In this document: in pieces, positions 1 through 13,474 of the stretch
How positions within the stretch are numbered: the first letter of the stretch is position 1
Layout of the letters: the number at the start of each line of letters is the position of its first letter
Source of the DNA: Oikopleura dioica
Taxonomy: Eukaryota > Animalia > Chordata
Assembly (NCBI GenBank): GCA_907165135.1
Contig: OU015566.1
Span: 5,332,001-5,396,000, forward strand
DNA length: 64,000 nucleotides
Direction: 5' to 3'
Translations under genes and position numbers: made by a program
Notes under the pieces: generated by a model
Database searches by the model: none
What the model was told of the DNA's origin: nothing
What the model saw: the letters and a program-made list of their open reading frames with translations, nothing else

Positions 1-1660
1 TCGATCAGGTTGACTCGAAGGTCGACAATGTCGGATAAGCCGCCGCCGTCGGTAGCTTTGACTTGGAATTCGTAGTGGTCGATGGTCTCGCGATCGAGCT
101 TCTTGACCAAAGTTATTCGGCCGGTATTACTGTCGATTGCAAAAGGGAGAAGTTTGGGAGAAATCAACTCGTAGGAAAGCTTCCCATTTGGGCTGTTAGG
201 ATCGTCCTTGTCCGAGGCAATGGCGAATGTAACTGTGTGGCCGATTCTAGCGTCTTCTTTGACCCGGGCGACGAGAGGATTAATGTTGAAGTGCGGCGCG
301 TTGTCATTGAGATCGACGATAATGACCGACACGGTCACGATTGACTCTTGCCTCCGTCGACCATGATCTTGAGCACGAACACGGAGCTCAAACTTCCGGT
401 TTAGTTCGAAGTCCAAATCGCGGATCAAGTTAATATCACCGGAAGTGGCATCAACGGCGAAGGTATCCTTGTCATTCATCAACGCGTAGGTAACTCGGCC
501 ATTTTCCCCTTCATCGGCATCTGTTGCCTTGACTGAAATGACTTTGGTCCCGATTTTCGTTCCTTCGGAAAGACGAACTTCCAACTCGTCTTTTGCAAAA
601 ACAGGTGGCGAGTCGTTGTCGTCGAGGATCGTTACTTCCACGCTTGTCTTTAAAACAAATGGTTAGGTTTGTGAGAGCCACTTGATTAGGGTTATTTACA
701 CTGCCATGAAATTATTATTTGCTGTAAATTGGAAAAGCACTTGACTAGAGCTGCGTTTATCGAGGTCCTTAAAGGACGCGCCAAAAGTTCAATTTTGCTG
801 GAATTTGGAATTCCATTTGTTTCAATAAAGACAATGCTAGTCAAAGAAGCTTTGAGACACCAACGCAGGTGAAAATTCCCAAACAATGGTGATCAACCAG
901 TAGCTGGGCAACATGGCGTGTGCCCAAACACACCCGTGAACTTGTTTGTTGTTTGACGATTCTAGTTGTATTTTTACCTGGCTCTGATGAATTGGACTTT
1001 GACTGTCCTTGGCGATAACGTAGAACTTATAGAAGGCGATTTTTTCGCGATCGAGTTTTTCGTGGGTCATTATTCGCCCGTATTTGTCGATTGTAAACGC
1101 AGTTGGGGATTTTCGCGATTTCTTCTCGACAAGAGAGAGCCTCAAATTGCCCTGATCCATCAGATCCTTGTCCGTGACATCGACAGAGCCGACGATTGTC
1201 CGCGTGGGAGTGGATTCGTGAACCGAGAATTTGTACTCGCTCTGGCCGAAAACCGGCTCGTTGTCGTTGACGTCGTTGACGTGGATAAGCAACCAGCAGA
1301 AACTGGCTTCGTTGGTCTTTGTGTTGCTCGCTGTGACTTTGAATTTGTATTGCGTTTTCGTCTTTCCTTCGGGATCCTCCAGGTCGATCTCAGCTGCGAC
1401 TGTAACGACGCCAGATTTGTCCATGACAAAGACGGGATTGCGCTGCTCCTCGACAGAAGCCCTCCAAGCCTGCATCGAGTAGTTGACATTTGAGTCGGTC
1501 TCGCTGAAAGCCTGGATGTGCGCGACGACGGATCCGATTTTCGAGTTCTCATCGACCTTTTCTTCGACGATGTTATTTGGGTAGTTGAAGACAGGCCTGA
1601 GCGCGTAGGAATATTCCGCGAGGAATAAATAAGGGAGGAGTCCTCCGAGCCATGATATAG
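1..1660 (-). CDS. Multi-repeat cadherin (Fat/Dachsous/protocadherin-like), 5' part; runs off the left edge
   Basis: Exon ~978-1660 has a hydrophobic leader and two cadherin repeats (DEN, DLE, DVNDNEPVF, LDRE). A GT-AG intron 648-977 joins HQSQ to TSVEVTILDDNDSPPVF; exon 1-647 gives two more repeats (DADEGENG, LDFE, DLNDNAPHF, LDRE). The true ATG is unresolved (the ORF track start at 1667 is TTG). Confidence 0.93.
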
Positions 1661-4600
1661 CTTTCAAATGCGTTGAAAAATCGGTTGAAAGAGGGTTTGT
1701 AAAAGAGGGTTGATTTTTGTAAATATTTTATTGAATGAGTATTTACTGAAGATGTCCAACAAGCAGCAGGGGAGGAGGCTAACCGCATCACGATAAACTT
1801 TATTTAGTGCTAAAATTTTTGCGGTCTCAGGTTCGCACGAGGCGGTGCTGTTTCCGGCTGAACATTTTTACGGGCGCCTGCAAACACAGATGTACCTTTC
1901 CGCGGCGATTGACATGCGCGCAACTATTTGCGAAAAAAAAGACAACTCGAAAGAATAATTTGTTGCGGTCAAAAAGTCATTCTTCTATTTGCTACGGTAC
2001 TTATTCCGTGTTTCTCCGATAAGTTCGAATTTTCGACAACATTCTTTTTTCTTTGTGAAAACAAAATTTTCACAGGATTTTGGAAATTTCTTATCGAGGC
2101 ACTCGAGTTCCTGTCAGTTTCAAGTACAGCGCTTTAGCTCCCGGGAAATCCTTTTTTTTCCTAATCTTCGGATCAGATTCAGTTTTGTGAAAAATGAGCG
2201 GCGTAAAAATGATTATACCCGCGCCGGGAGGTTTTTAGTTTCACCAAATTGCAGGTTAACTTGAAAGTTTATACGGGCGAGTATTACCCATGGGATCCGT
2301 TGATCAACCACGTGATTGGAAAATGCGTTAATTACTAGATGCAAAATTTTAGTGATGCCAAACTCGAGGCTTTTTTCCCGCCGTCTCGGGCTCACTAGAA
2401 CGGAACTGTTTCGAAGTGATAAAGAAAGTAAAGAATTTTATCAGCTGCCCCGAAGAAAAAGGCACCCCGACAAAAGAGTGTTAACTTTCCGGTCTGGCAA
2501 TCTGAGAAATCAGATTTCTAGAGAAACGCGGGTAAATAGTACTTAAAAGATAGCACCTGCGCAAATTCGAAGGGGCAAGAGCAATAATTACATAAATCCG
2601 TCAAGCGTGATAAATTTAGTAGTGCTAGTGCTATTCTAGGACCCCAGTTTAGTTCCATAATCCACGCATGAGCGGATGTTGATGACCACTGCGCCGGATA
2701 CGCGTTATTCTATGCCTTGTATTTTTCAACGCTTCCTGTCATGGTTCAAATTTGGCTCGTCCGTTTTCGGTTCGGACGATTTCAAAGCTGGTTCCGAAAA
2801 GCTGGTTTCATCGTGTTTGCTTGTTGTGTTTCGTGCTGTTTCGTCGGTTGGAAATGCCAGCAGCCTGAAAAGAGAAGGTTAAGATTGAAGCTGCTGAAGC
2901 TGGAATAAGGCAATTTAGGGAGCCAAGAAAACAGGCACACCTGAGTGATTTTGAGATTGGATTTGCATAAAGCTTATATCAAGGCCTAGAGCTGTCAGCG
3001 GAAGCAAATTTAGAGAACAAATCGCTTAAGCCCTCCTTATCTGAGTTCTCGAATACTGTCACGACTTGTACGAGGGGAAATGATTGGATAATTGAGGCTT
3101 ATCGAGCTTGTAGCTTTGAAAATTTGAAAGTTTGAAATTTGAATTTGAAATTTCAAAAATTTCAAACACTCAAGTGCTTCCTTTGGTGCACCAAAGTGGC
3201 TTTAATTAGCACCACTTGGCGCTTAGGCTTGGATTTCAGAGGCCGGGGCGGTGAGTTTTTTTGCTTTTCCCCGCCTTTTTTCTAGCTTCGAACTGATAAG
3301 TGTTATCGCCAAAAAAGCGAGCAATCGGTAAATATAAAAGGGCTGTTTATGTTTGTGAGTTTTTTAAAAAAGGGCCTTGTAAGGCTGAAAATTCGGAAGT
3401 TTTTGAACTCTTATCATTTTCTTATCAAAAAAGCTCTCTTTTTTTCAACCCTCTTTTTCTGTTTTGAGCAATTTGTAAACCAGTCTATACATCCTTAAAA
3501 AAAGTAATGTTTCAAAAACACGGAATTCGGTAGCAGGTACTCGAGCTCCCAAGTCCTTTTCTTGTAAAATATCATAACTCGACATAAGTCTGGAATTCGC
3601 CCGTTCCAAGAGAGGCGGCTTATCCCCGTGGAAATATTCCAAATTTTTGAATTTGACACTTTTTAGGTTTTGACCGCTCCCGCAGGAAAACATACGGGCG
3701 GCCATTTATACTCGCATATTAATATTTATACAATGAATTTATACGCCCGCCCTTTTTGTGGGAAAACTCGCCGTTTTGTATTTTTACAAGCTTTTTGTAA
3801 GCGAAACTAAAGCCAGTTGAAATATAAATTTTTTTTCAAAAGGAAAAAGTGGGTGAAGGCCAAAATTTTATATTCTATGATTCTAGCGCATTTTCTGAGC
3901 CAAGTTATACGATCCATTTTATTCAATCAGGCGCGTGTTTAATATCAGCCCCTCACAAAAGAGGCCTCTTCATTGTCGGCCTGCCAGCTGTGGATCCTCG
4001 AAAAATTAAGGGAATGGGCAATTAGCCCCCCTTTCTTGTCGAGCCACCTAAAGTAGGGCACGATAACTTAATAATCGATGCGGGGAAAAATTATTTCCCA
4101 AAGGAGGTTCCGCGTCACTTTTTCGCCCTAATTTGATCAATCAGTACTTATTCCGCTTCGCCGGGAACTGAGTTCACGATTTTCAGGTTTTCCTTGTTGC
4201 GGTCGCAGTGGGAGAGAAGCGGCAAATCCGATGAGCCGCCAAAGTACCGGATTTTGAGAGCTCATGCCCGCGCAGGTGTGACGCCGGGGTAGATAAAAAT
4301 CCCAAAAGCCATGTAACCCTACATCGGAGCTTGCTTATTTATATATAGATTGGGAAGTGACAGCTTGACCGGACATGTCTACCCATGTCAAATGTGCATA
4401 CAGCTGCCGATTGGACGCAAAAGATCATGAATTTAAAGAGCTTAGACAAGTCCTTCAAGAATTTTTCGACAAAACTAAAATTTAAATAAAAATAATAAAT
4501 AATAATTTTTAATAAATAAAATTATTATTATTCTTTATTATTAAAAACTAAGAAACAGGGGCTCTCTTTCTGTCTAAATAGCCATCTTCGAATCCTAATT

Positions 4601-6568
4601 ATTTATTTAATTTATGCAAAACTCCATCTTTGTTTTCCCCTTTTTTGAAGCTTTGGAGCCTTGGCTTTAGATTTAGGCTTAGATTTTAGGTTCGGCGGTG
4701 GAAACGTAGCGCTGTTTGAGATGCAAATCGCGCCTTTGTTAAATTCCTGGAGAGCTCTTGGGTTGTCTCCGATTTGATGAACAATTAACCGCGCAAGTGC
4801 TTGAATAAAGCCCCTTCCATTTTGATAAAATCCGAAAACCGCTCCAGATCGTCGAAATTCAAGCACAGCTGGGCCTGACCATTCAACTGTCAGATTCAAT
4901 ATTAACCCAGCGCCCTGAGACCGGATGTAGTTGCTACTGTTTGGCTTTGCACGAGTCCGAAACGCGAGAGAAACCCTCAAGAGGGTCATTAAGATTTGCG
5001 GAAAAATGAGGAAAATGCTGCAATAGCTCATTTATTTTCCATGCAAACATTTTGAGAAACGATCTTCCCGAACTTCACTTTGTCCCTGGAAATTGCCTCG
5101 AATAAAAGGGGGTCCCTTAAGGATTTCATCAAGAAAGAAGGCGCCTGAAAAAACTGACCTTCTTCAGCTGAAAATTACCCTTTTCAAAGGCGAGAAGCCG
5201 CTTTAGCTTAATCCAACTAGCTTTCCCTCTGGCTAGCCCAGCTCGTCGCATATCTCCAAAGCCTCAAATCTCGCATGTAGTCCGCTGTCGGCCGATTAAG
5301 CCGCTAACTAAACACAGTGGTGACCTCACCGATTCTCTTGACAAAAGAAGAAAGAACTGCGCGAAATTAGTTGGAAATAGAATATTCCGTTTACCGCGGC
5401 GGACCGAGCACATTATGCGTCGCGGTGCTCAAAAAGAATACCCGGCAGAATGGGATCATGAAGATCTGCTAATCGAATCGCCCGGAAAGGGAGCTCAAAA
5501 CAACCGGTAATGGGTTGTTGTTTTCCGGGGCCAGATCAAGGTATTTCCGACCAAGATTTTTCAAAAACAATATTCAACAAACAAAAAAGAGGGATTTATT
5601 CAATAATTACATATTTTCAAAGAGTTTTCTTCTTTTTACAAAGTGACACCCTTATTTATTGATCCAATAAGGGTATCTCTTTGTTATGAATTTATGAAGA
5701 ACAATCTAAAAATATGTAATTATTGAATGAATCTTTCTTTTTGTTTGTTTAAATTTGTTTTTCAACAATCTTAAATTTAGGTAGAGTCTCTACCGTAGAG
5801 ACAACCTTAGTTTCGTATTTTTCAGTTTGCGCGTGATTTCTCGCGTATTTGAGTATCCAATTGTCAAATATTTGCCCTTGTGCTCGAATAGTAAGTTCAG
5901 TTCGTTTTTCTATTTGATTTTGCTGAAAGTAAAAAATTCTAGCGCAAGTTCAAAAAGATCCACTTCGCTTTGGGAATCATTGATTTTCCGATAGTTTCAA
6001 ACTTATGCGCAGAATAGCCTCTGAAGCCGGATGATAACTGTCGCGTTTCTGTTGACAATCAGAGTCTGTTTAAATTTGTCAACTCTGAAAGGCAAGTTTG
6101 AGGCGGACAAGACTGCAACTAAAATTCGAAATTGAATTTACCGCACGCAAATGTCACAGTACATCATTACCCGCTCGCAAATTTGTTTTGAGATAAGTTT
6201 TCAAATGCCCATTAAATTTCGAAAAAAAAGAATCATCAAACCGAAAATGACTCTTCTCTTGTTAAAAAATTTTTTTCTTGCTTTTTATCACAAAAGTTGC
6301 CGTTTTTCAATAAAATGCCATGGAATGGATATTTTACGACAATGGGTTTAAAAAAACTTCCTCAATTTTAACCCATATCGGAAAAAAGGCAAAAAATAAG
6401 CTTGCATTGAATAAAATCCTGAATTTTCTAGTGACAATCAAAAATAAAGGGGTTTCTTTAAGCTTATTGACATATTTGGGGTCCTCTGTCTATGGTGGGT
6501 TAAAATTAAAATAGGCATTTTTAACCTTTTGTGGAAAAAGTCCGTTTTGTGCGGAATCTCGCTAGAAG

Positions 6569-7227
6569 CAGAGTTGTACATTTGCGTAGCGGAGCTAGCG
6601 GAGATAGCGGAGCTGACGGCTCCGCTCCGCTCCGCTACGATGAAAAAAATTCTTGTTCAGCTCCGCTACGCTCAGCTACGGCCAAATAAATTTCGGCCAG
6701 CTCCGCTACGCTTAGCTACGGGGGAACAAAATTTGGTCAGCTCCGCTCCGCTCAGCTACGGGGAAAAAGAATTTCGTCAGCTCCGCTACGCTTAGCTAAA
6801 CAAGCTTCCGATCATTTCTGTGTAAAATAAGGCCCTTTTCTATGTAAAATAAGGCCGTAACCCGTGTGATATAAGGCACTGTGTAAAATAAGGCCCTTTT
6901 CTGTGTAAAATAAGTCCCCAGTCAGTGTAAATTACGCTTCTAGCCTTTCTCAGCTACTTCAGCTTAGCTTAGCTATCTAAGCTAAAATTCCGCCCAGCTC
7001 CGCTCCGCTCCGCTACGGGAAAATTTTTTTTGGTCAGCTCCGCTACGCTCCGCTACGGAGTTACAAAAAATTGGTCAGCTCCGCTACGCTTAGCTACGGG
7101 GAGAAAATTTTTAGTCAGCTCCGCTCCGCTCCGCTACGGAGAAAATTTTCTCGGTCAGCTCCGCTAAATTTTCAGGTCAGCTCCGCTATCTCCGCTACGA
7201 GAAAATTTTCTCAAATATACAACTCTG
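6569..7227. mobile_element. Non-autonomous hAT-type DNA transposon (MITE), 659 bp
   Basis: 16-bp TIR CAGAGTTGTA(C/T)ATTTG with one mismatch; perfect 8-bp TSD GCTAGAAG at 6561-6568 and 7228-7235; many subterminal AGCTCCGCT(A/C)CG repeats; no transposase ORF. Confidence 0.92.
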
Positions 7228-8161
7228 GCTAGAAGGTTAATTCATTTTGTAAAGCTACTCTTTTTCAAAAAAGCTCAGAATGCGTGCAATCATTTGCCAC
7301 CCTCGAAAAATGTTCTTTGCTCATGTGAAAATCTCGACTCCCTTTTATGACGCGCGTATTTACTAAAAACATTAAATAAAGAAGCCGAAGATGACCTTTT
7401 AGTTTGAAAAACAAATGATTTTTTTCTTTGAGATCGCCGGGCGATTTCTCACTCAACACCCTTCAAACACATCAGCCCGCCAAGCAGGTGGCCATTGTTT
7501 TCCTTTCCAAGGGCGACCTGTCCGATTTTTTTGGCAGCGGAATGGATTTTTTAGGAATTTTTAATTCTAGGCTTTGAGAATTTCGATCAACTTTCAAGGC
7601 CAGATTTTTGCACTTTGAATAAATTAAGGGGGCCCTCTACATTTGGCATTGATTTTCAACTGATTTTTTTAAAGGATAAAATTTAATTTTTCCGAATATT
7701 TTCTTACCGAAAACGATTTTTATCTTCTAAGAAAAGTCTTTCTTTTTTCTTTCTTTTTGCTGTTTTTTTCTTCTTTCACTCTCTACTGATTTCGTATCTC
7801 TCTGATTCTGATTTTGTGAATTTTTTCGTTTTTATATCTCGTTAATCTTCTTTTTTCTTTATCTTTTCAACTCTTTGTAAAACTCTGCAGTGCTCGCTCT
7901 CTCGTAAAATACGGCAGTCTTTACAATTCGACGCAGATTTTCAGTTTTTTCTTTTCCGAAGAATTTTTTTCGGTTTCGGGTCGGCGGGAGGTGCTCGGCG
8001 GTGGACTCGCCCGCGAGCGGCTCCACTCCGCGGAGGAAGCGCTCTGGCGCCGCCCCTTCCACCAAACGCCACCGTTTCCATTGGTGCTCATGCTAAGCCG
8101 TAGTAAACCTGCCCACCTACCGAGATACTCATCGTTCTTATCATTTCTATCATCGAAAAGG

Positions 8162-8545
8162 AGAAATATTATTAGTGATAAAATAATTTTTTGGCTATGG
8201 TCAATTTTAGGAGTTAGGAAGATTTGGAGTAAGCTAAAAGGAGCAACTTTATTTTCCGGAGATACTCCAAATTGGAGCAAAATTTCAACGCCGATTTTAA
8301 GGGTGTTGCAGAAATATTTAAGGGTATCTGAATAGCTCAAAAGAAAGCCCGGGCCCGGAGGCGCGTTTTTGCCGGGGTTTGACAGGGCCGGGAGGCCCTT
8401 AACACCATTAAAATCGGCTTTGAAATTTTGCTCCGATTTGGAGTATCTCCGGAAAATAAAGTTGCTCCTTTTAGCTTACTCCAAATCTTCTTAACTCCAA
8501 AAATTGTGTCGAGCCTAATTTTTTGATTAGTAAGCGCAGTATTCA
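8162..8545. repeat. Long imperfect palindrome (foldback/MITE-like)
   Basis: Arm ~8203-8308 (GGAGTTAGGAAGATTTGGAGTAAGCTAAAAGGAGCAACTTTATTTTCCGGAGATACTCC...) is nearly the exact reverse complement of ~8401-8506; weaker similarity extends outward; GC-rich spacer. Confidence 0.85.
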
Positions 8546-9290
8546 AAAAATAGGATTTAATGACAATATCATTTTATAAATTTAAAACTTATGTTTGGGC
8601 TTTGATAATTACCAGAAAACTCTTTCTCTCATTATTAATGTGTTTCAGCCTGAATCAAAAATGAAAATCTTAATGAAATCAAGGAAGAATAACTTTATGG
8701 TGACCCGGGACCCGAATCGCTCATGCACTAGAAAATTTCTAGTATCAATGAATGGAGGGCCTTTTCCACATCAGGAAAAAATCAACGCTTCATTGAATGA
8801 AAAATCAAGGTGGTCTTGATTTAGATTCACTGGGGCGCGTGTGATCTTTTCAAAAAAAACAACTTCTCAATTCACCGAGCAAATCTGATCTGATTCTTCA
8901 CTTTTCTCTAGACCCCAAATTCACGACAAAAAATAAAAGTGTTTCTAAGTTTTTGAAGATAAAAGAAAGTCAATTTTCAATTTTTCAAAGAAAAAAATTA
9001 TAAATTCCCAGAATTTTGAAAATTCTCACTTTTTAAATTTTTCACTGAGAAGCCGCAATTTTAAAAATAGGGGCAAAAGCGTTTAGGACATTCCGCCGCC
9101 TTGGAGGAGGAAAATTCACACGTGGTGGCGGAGACCAAAAATATGCGCATCAAAATGCTTTGTTTCGCTCATTTCACCGCAAGACAGGATTCAGGCCGCT
9201 CCCACAACATTTATTGACGCGGATTATTTTCATTCCTTGAGAGTTTCATTTTTTTCGATTATTTTAATTTTCGATTTTGCGGTAGACGCT

Positions 9291-9434
9291 TGTTATGTGC
9301 CTAATGTTCCCGAATGTCCCTGGATGTCTTCAAATTTCCCTGAATGTCCCGAATGACCCGAATGTCCCGGGGACATCCGGGATATTCGTGACATTCGCGG
9401 ACAGCGACATTTAGGGACATTTGGGGACATAACA
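9291..9434. repeat. ~140-bp imperfect palindrome built from GAATGTCCC / GGGACATT units
   Basis: Left half repeats (G)AATGTCCC, right half GGGACAT(T); centre TCCCGGGGA near 9369; ends TGTTATGT...ACATAACA. Confidence 0.75.
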
Positions 9435-11785
9435 GGGGCGTTCTGATTTCGTGGCACCAATTTTCCTTGCATTTTATAGTTTCAAGTTTCACTTTTCTTG
9501 AAAAACGAAACTCGCCAACGAAATAGTGATCGATTTGACAGTAACACGACATTTCTCGAGTCCATCTGGTACTCGTTACTCGCTTTTCACAGATGACAAA
9601 ACTGAGCCCAAACAAAAAAACGAGCGAGGAACTGACCTTTCCCGATTCGACACGGTGACCTACAAAGAGTCCATATGGGCCCATTATGGACTCGTAAACT
9701 CGCGAATCTGCTCGTGTCTTGTGTCACAGCGCCGGATGTTTGAATGTCAAATGTCCCCTTTAAGCTCACACACTCAAATGTCTAAGACAAAAATTAGCAT
9801 AAAACTCGCTTTGATCCTGAATCTCAAGGGGCTTCAATTTCCGCCAAACCACCCGTTAAAATTAAAACGAGAAATAAACAACAAACAATTAAACAAGGGC
9901 GGAATTAAAAGGGATTATTTTGGAAATAATTGAAAACAAGACCGAAGCTTGTTGGGAATCTCTGTTCGATCGTTTTATTTCCTTGTTTGTTTTCAGCGAT
10001 TTTAGGAAAAGGAAGCAAACGCTCAAAATCTTGAATCCAAAAATCAACAACATAATATTGCTTTCTGATATTTTATTGACAATTCGGGAGGACCCATAAC
10101 TTTTGATATGGCGTGCCTCTATATTTTTAAGTATTTAAAATCGCGACGTGACATCGATAATGAGTCATCTTTACGTTGTCACGTCTTCATTTTCAACACT
10201 CAAAGAATACAGTGGTACGTTGTATCAAAATAACTTATTTGAAATTAGGAATCTATAGACCTATCTATAGACCTTTATTCTGAAAAACCCGGTTCATAAA
10301 AAAAATCCGCAACTTCCCCCGAGTTTTTACGAGAACAAAAAAGGCGGAAGACAGTTTCTCAAAACTCTCACAAGAGCTCATTTCCCACAAAATTCAAAAG
10401 CGCAGTCAACCCTAGTGCTATTGATGTTCAGCTTGGCTTGTTTCAATCATTATGCCTTGTCTCCTTCGCAAAAGTACGATGATGGATTAAAATGCTTGCC
10501 TCGAAAAAAAAAGATAAACGGACAATAAATCATCGCAACTGTCTGTTTTATATAACGAGCGGTGAGGGTTCTTAGGTGTGACGTTTCTGACCTATTCGAG
10601 TGGCATTTTGCTTGATCTTGGGATCCGATTTTCGGATCAAGCGGAGTTTTCATCGATCAGAAAAAGGGTTGAAACTAAATATATCAAAGAGCCATTTTAT
10701 TTTAAATTGAAAGCGATTTCAAAAAGTCCTTCAAACAAAATTTTCATCTTGAAAGTTTGACAAGTTTTCCATCACCCGGAAGATCTGTTCGCTTTGAAAT
10801 GGGAACGCTTATCAGCTTTTAGCGAAAGTGGCCAATTAAGGGTTCCGGATTATCGGCGAAAGAAAAAGCAGGAACCGGACCGTCAAGTTCCGCAAGTTTG
10901 TGGCAAGTACCCGGAACTAAGAGCTAGAACTTCAATGTCAAGAAAAAAATCGAGCTTTTGGAGAAATTGGATCTCCCGGAAGTGGAATGAAATTTCATCA
11001 AAAAAGCATTTAAATTTCACGAAGTAGCGAGAACCACCTGTTGTCGAATTTCACGGGCGATTTTTAATCCCGAGCTCCTGTATTTGATGAAGCGACAGAA
11101 TCGTTTACGATTTGAGATGTATCAGTAGTCAAATGTCTGTGCTAAAATGTCAACAGATAAAAATGGCTTGTTATCGCTGACCAGGGCAAGGACGATGTAA
11201 TATGCTCTTAGCTTGTCAATCATTAGCTCGACAAACTCGTTACTGTATCCGGCAGAGTAATTTGCCCTCTTGCTAGAAAGGGTTAAAAATATCAGCTGTC
11301 AAGTTTATCTGGAAAAAGTCCAAATAAATTGCTAACTGGAGAGGTAATTAACCTCGATAATTATGTTTACTTCGTGGCAACAGTTTTTTTTTGAGTGCGC
11401 GCGAACTTTGTCCCGGTTCAATGAGCACGGTTCAATTTTGCCTTTTTCTAGGAACACCTGGAAGGAGCACGAGCTAAATATTTGAATATAGAACTTGAGT
11501 TTTTAGCTCCCTTCTTTATTAAAACAATGATTGAGTTACTTCGAGAAAAGTTTCGGTTAAAATTAAATAATCAATATAATCCCTAATTGATCATTTCAGA
11601 CGGTTAACCCTCAGATTATAATCCGACATTTTTATTCCAGATAATTTGTAAGAAAACCACATGTGGTCCCTTAATCTTCTCAGTCCCATCTGCAAAGTTG
11701 ATGCAAGAAATTTAAACAAAGAGAAACAGATTAATTCTATAAAAATGTAACTTTATTGAGCACCGTCGAAGTCAATTCAATATGT

Positions 11786-13474
11786 TTAGTTATCAGGCGA
11801 GGAATTTTTATCGATAGTCTCTCGGATCCAGTGATCGTAGTTGACGAACGAGTAGATACCGGGAAATTTTTCCCAGCCACATCCTTCTCCCCAAGCAACC
11901 ACTCCGACTTGAGTGGCTACTCCCTCAACGTTGCAAACAAGTGGTCCGCCTGAGTCGCCTTGGCAAGCATCAGTTCCATTCTTGAACTGGTTCTCATTGA
12001 ACTGGTGGCTTTGGCCTTCAACCCACTCTGTACCGACTTTAGCTCCATCGGTCCAACCGTCTAAGTCTTGATCCGGAAGACCTGCGCAAATATCCCATGT
12101 TCGAACATCATGGGGAGGAACACGACCGGTGTAATTTGATTTCATGTTGCAGTACGCTTGAGACATGATCGAAACACCAGCACTTTTGAATTTCTTAGAT
12201 CCTGGACCTTCACTACCCAAGCCACCAAAGCCTCCGACCCAACATGCTTCTCCATCTAAATAAATTTACCAACATTGCTGATAATTTCGACTTACGCTCT
12301 GGATAGTAGTCAGCAAGACAGACTTCCTTAGCTTTTCCTTCGCCTTTAGCTATTATATTCTCCTTGAATTTGATTAAGCAAATGTCGGCTTGGTGAGTTC
12401 CGTCTCCTGTTTCGTTCGTGTAGTCATGGTGGTTGAAAAAGTGGGTCCTAGACGCGTTGAGCCAAAACTCCCCTTCATTATCATTCTCGATTCGGTCAGG
12501 GTCGTTGAAGTAAGCGTCTACATAATCAACTTGTGGACCAGTCTTGTTGTGCCTCAGAAGACAGCAGTGAGCAGCGGTCAAAACCCAGTTCTCACGCACG
12601 ATAGAGCCACCACAGTAGCCTGCGAAATGATCACCGGCGAAGAAGTTCAGGCGAACATACCAGGGCCAGCGAGTGTGATCAGCTTCGATACCACCGACGA
12701 TTCGACCAGAGGTTTCGAGCGGATATCCGTCTTTGCATGTCTTCAGCCCCTCTTTGATCTCATGTGTTCTTGGTTTGAAGTTTTCCGAATACGGGCAAAC
12801 ATAATCGCTTCTAGCATCGCACGGGAGTGATTGTCGAAGCTCGGCAACATCAGCATCGGTGATCATTCCTCCAAGCTTAGGCGCCTTCCATCCACAAACA
12901 CGAGCATTGCCCTTGCGTGGACAACTGCATGTCGCGCCGATCTTATTGAATCGCTCTCCGGTTGGATCGAAAACGACGTCTCGGCTTACGTCCTTGGACG
13001 TGTAGTAGCATTTCTTCTTTCCAGACGCTTTGAATTCGCAATCAACGCTGATTCCTAGCGGAGGAGGAGCTAAATCGGCACAGGTGTCGCAGGAGCCGAG
13101 CGTTCGCTTCCAGTGATGCTGCTGCCCAGTGCTGAAGCGACACTTCGTTCTTCGTCTGCCGATCGCGATGAAACCTTTTAAAAGCGGGAGTAATGCACAT
13201 CTTTATCAAACTTACCTTGATCACAGACGAGGGCGCAGGTAGCTTGGTCGCAGACAATCTGACCATTCTCAGGACTGGCCAATGCTGGGCATTTCTCAAA
13301 GGAAGCACCTTTTCGGCCAGTTGGAGCTCCCCAACCACTCTTTCTTTGACTCACTGCTTGGAGAAAATCTCCATATTTTGGTTGCTCATAAGCAGTTATT
13401 ATGGCAAAGATGCTAGCAAGAAGCTAAAAAAAAAAGTAAATATATTTAAATCAAAATTAATTCGTTACCCTCAT
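11786..13474 (-). CDS. Secreted trypsin-like S1 serine protease with N-terminal sushi/CCP-like Cys domain
   Basis: Model: exon MR (ATG 13474), signal peptide [25 protein letters not shown]...C...C...W...C module, R-IVGG activation site, [27 protein letters not shown] (Asp189-type S1 pocket). Short GT-AG introns, e.g. a 40-nt intron near 12255-12295. Confidence 0.93.

Noticed and set aside
63-1552. ORFs 63-344 (+), 966-1493 (+), 1160-1552 (-), 1231-1482 (+)
   Set aside because: Antisense or alternate-frame shadows of the cadherin exons.
6529-6795. 88-aa ORF with repeated LRYA/APLR motifs
   Set aside because: Translation of MITE subterminal repeats, not a gene.
7859-8340. Overlapping ORFs as a possible gene or gag relic
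   Set aside because: They partly overlap the palindrome and low-complexity K/E/R sequence; no family motif or coherent splice model.
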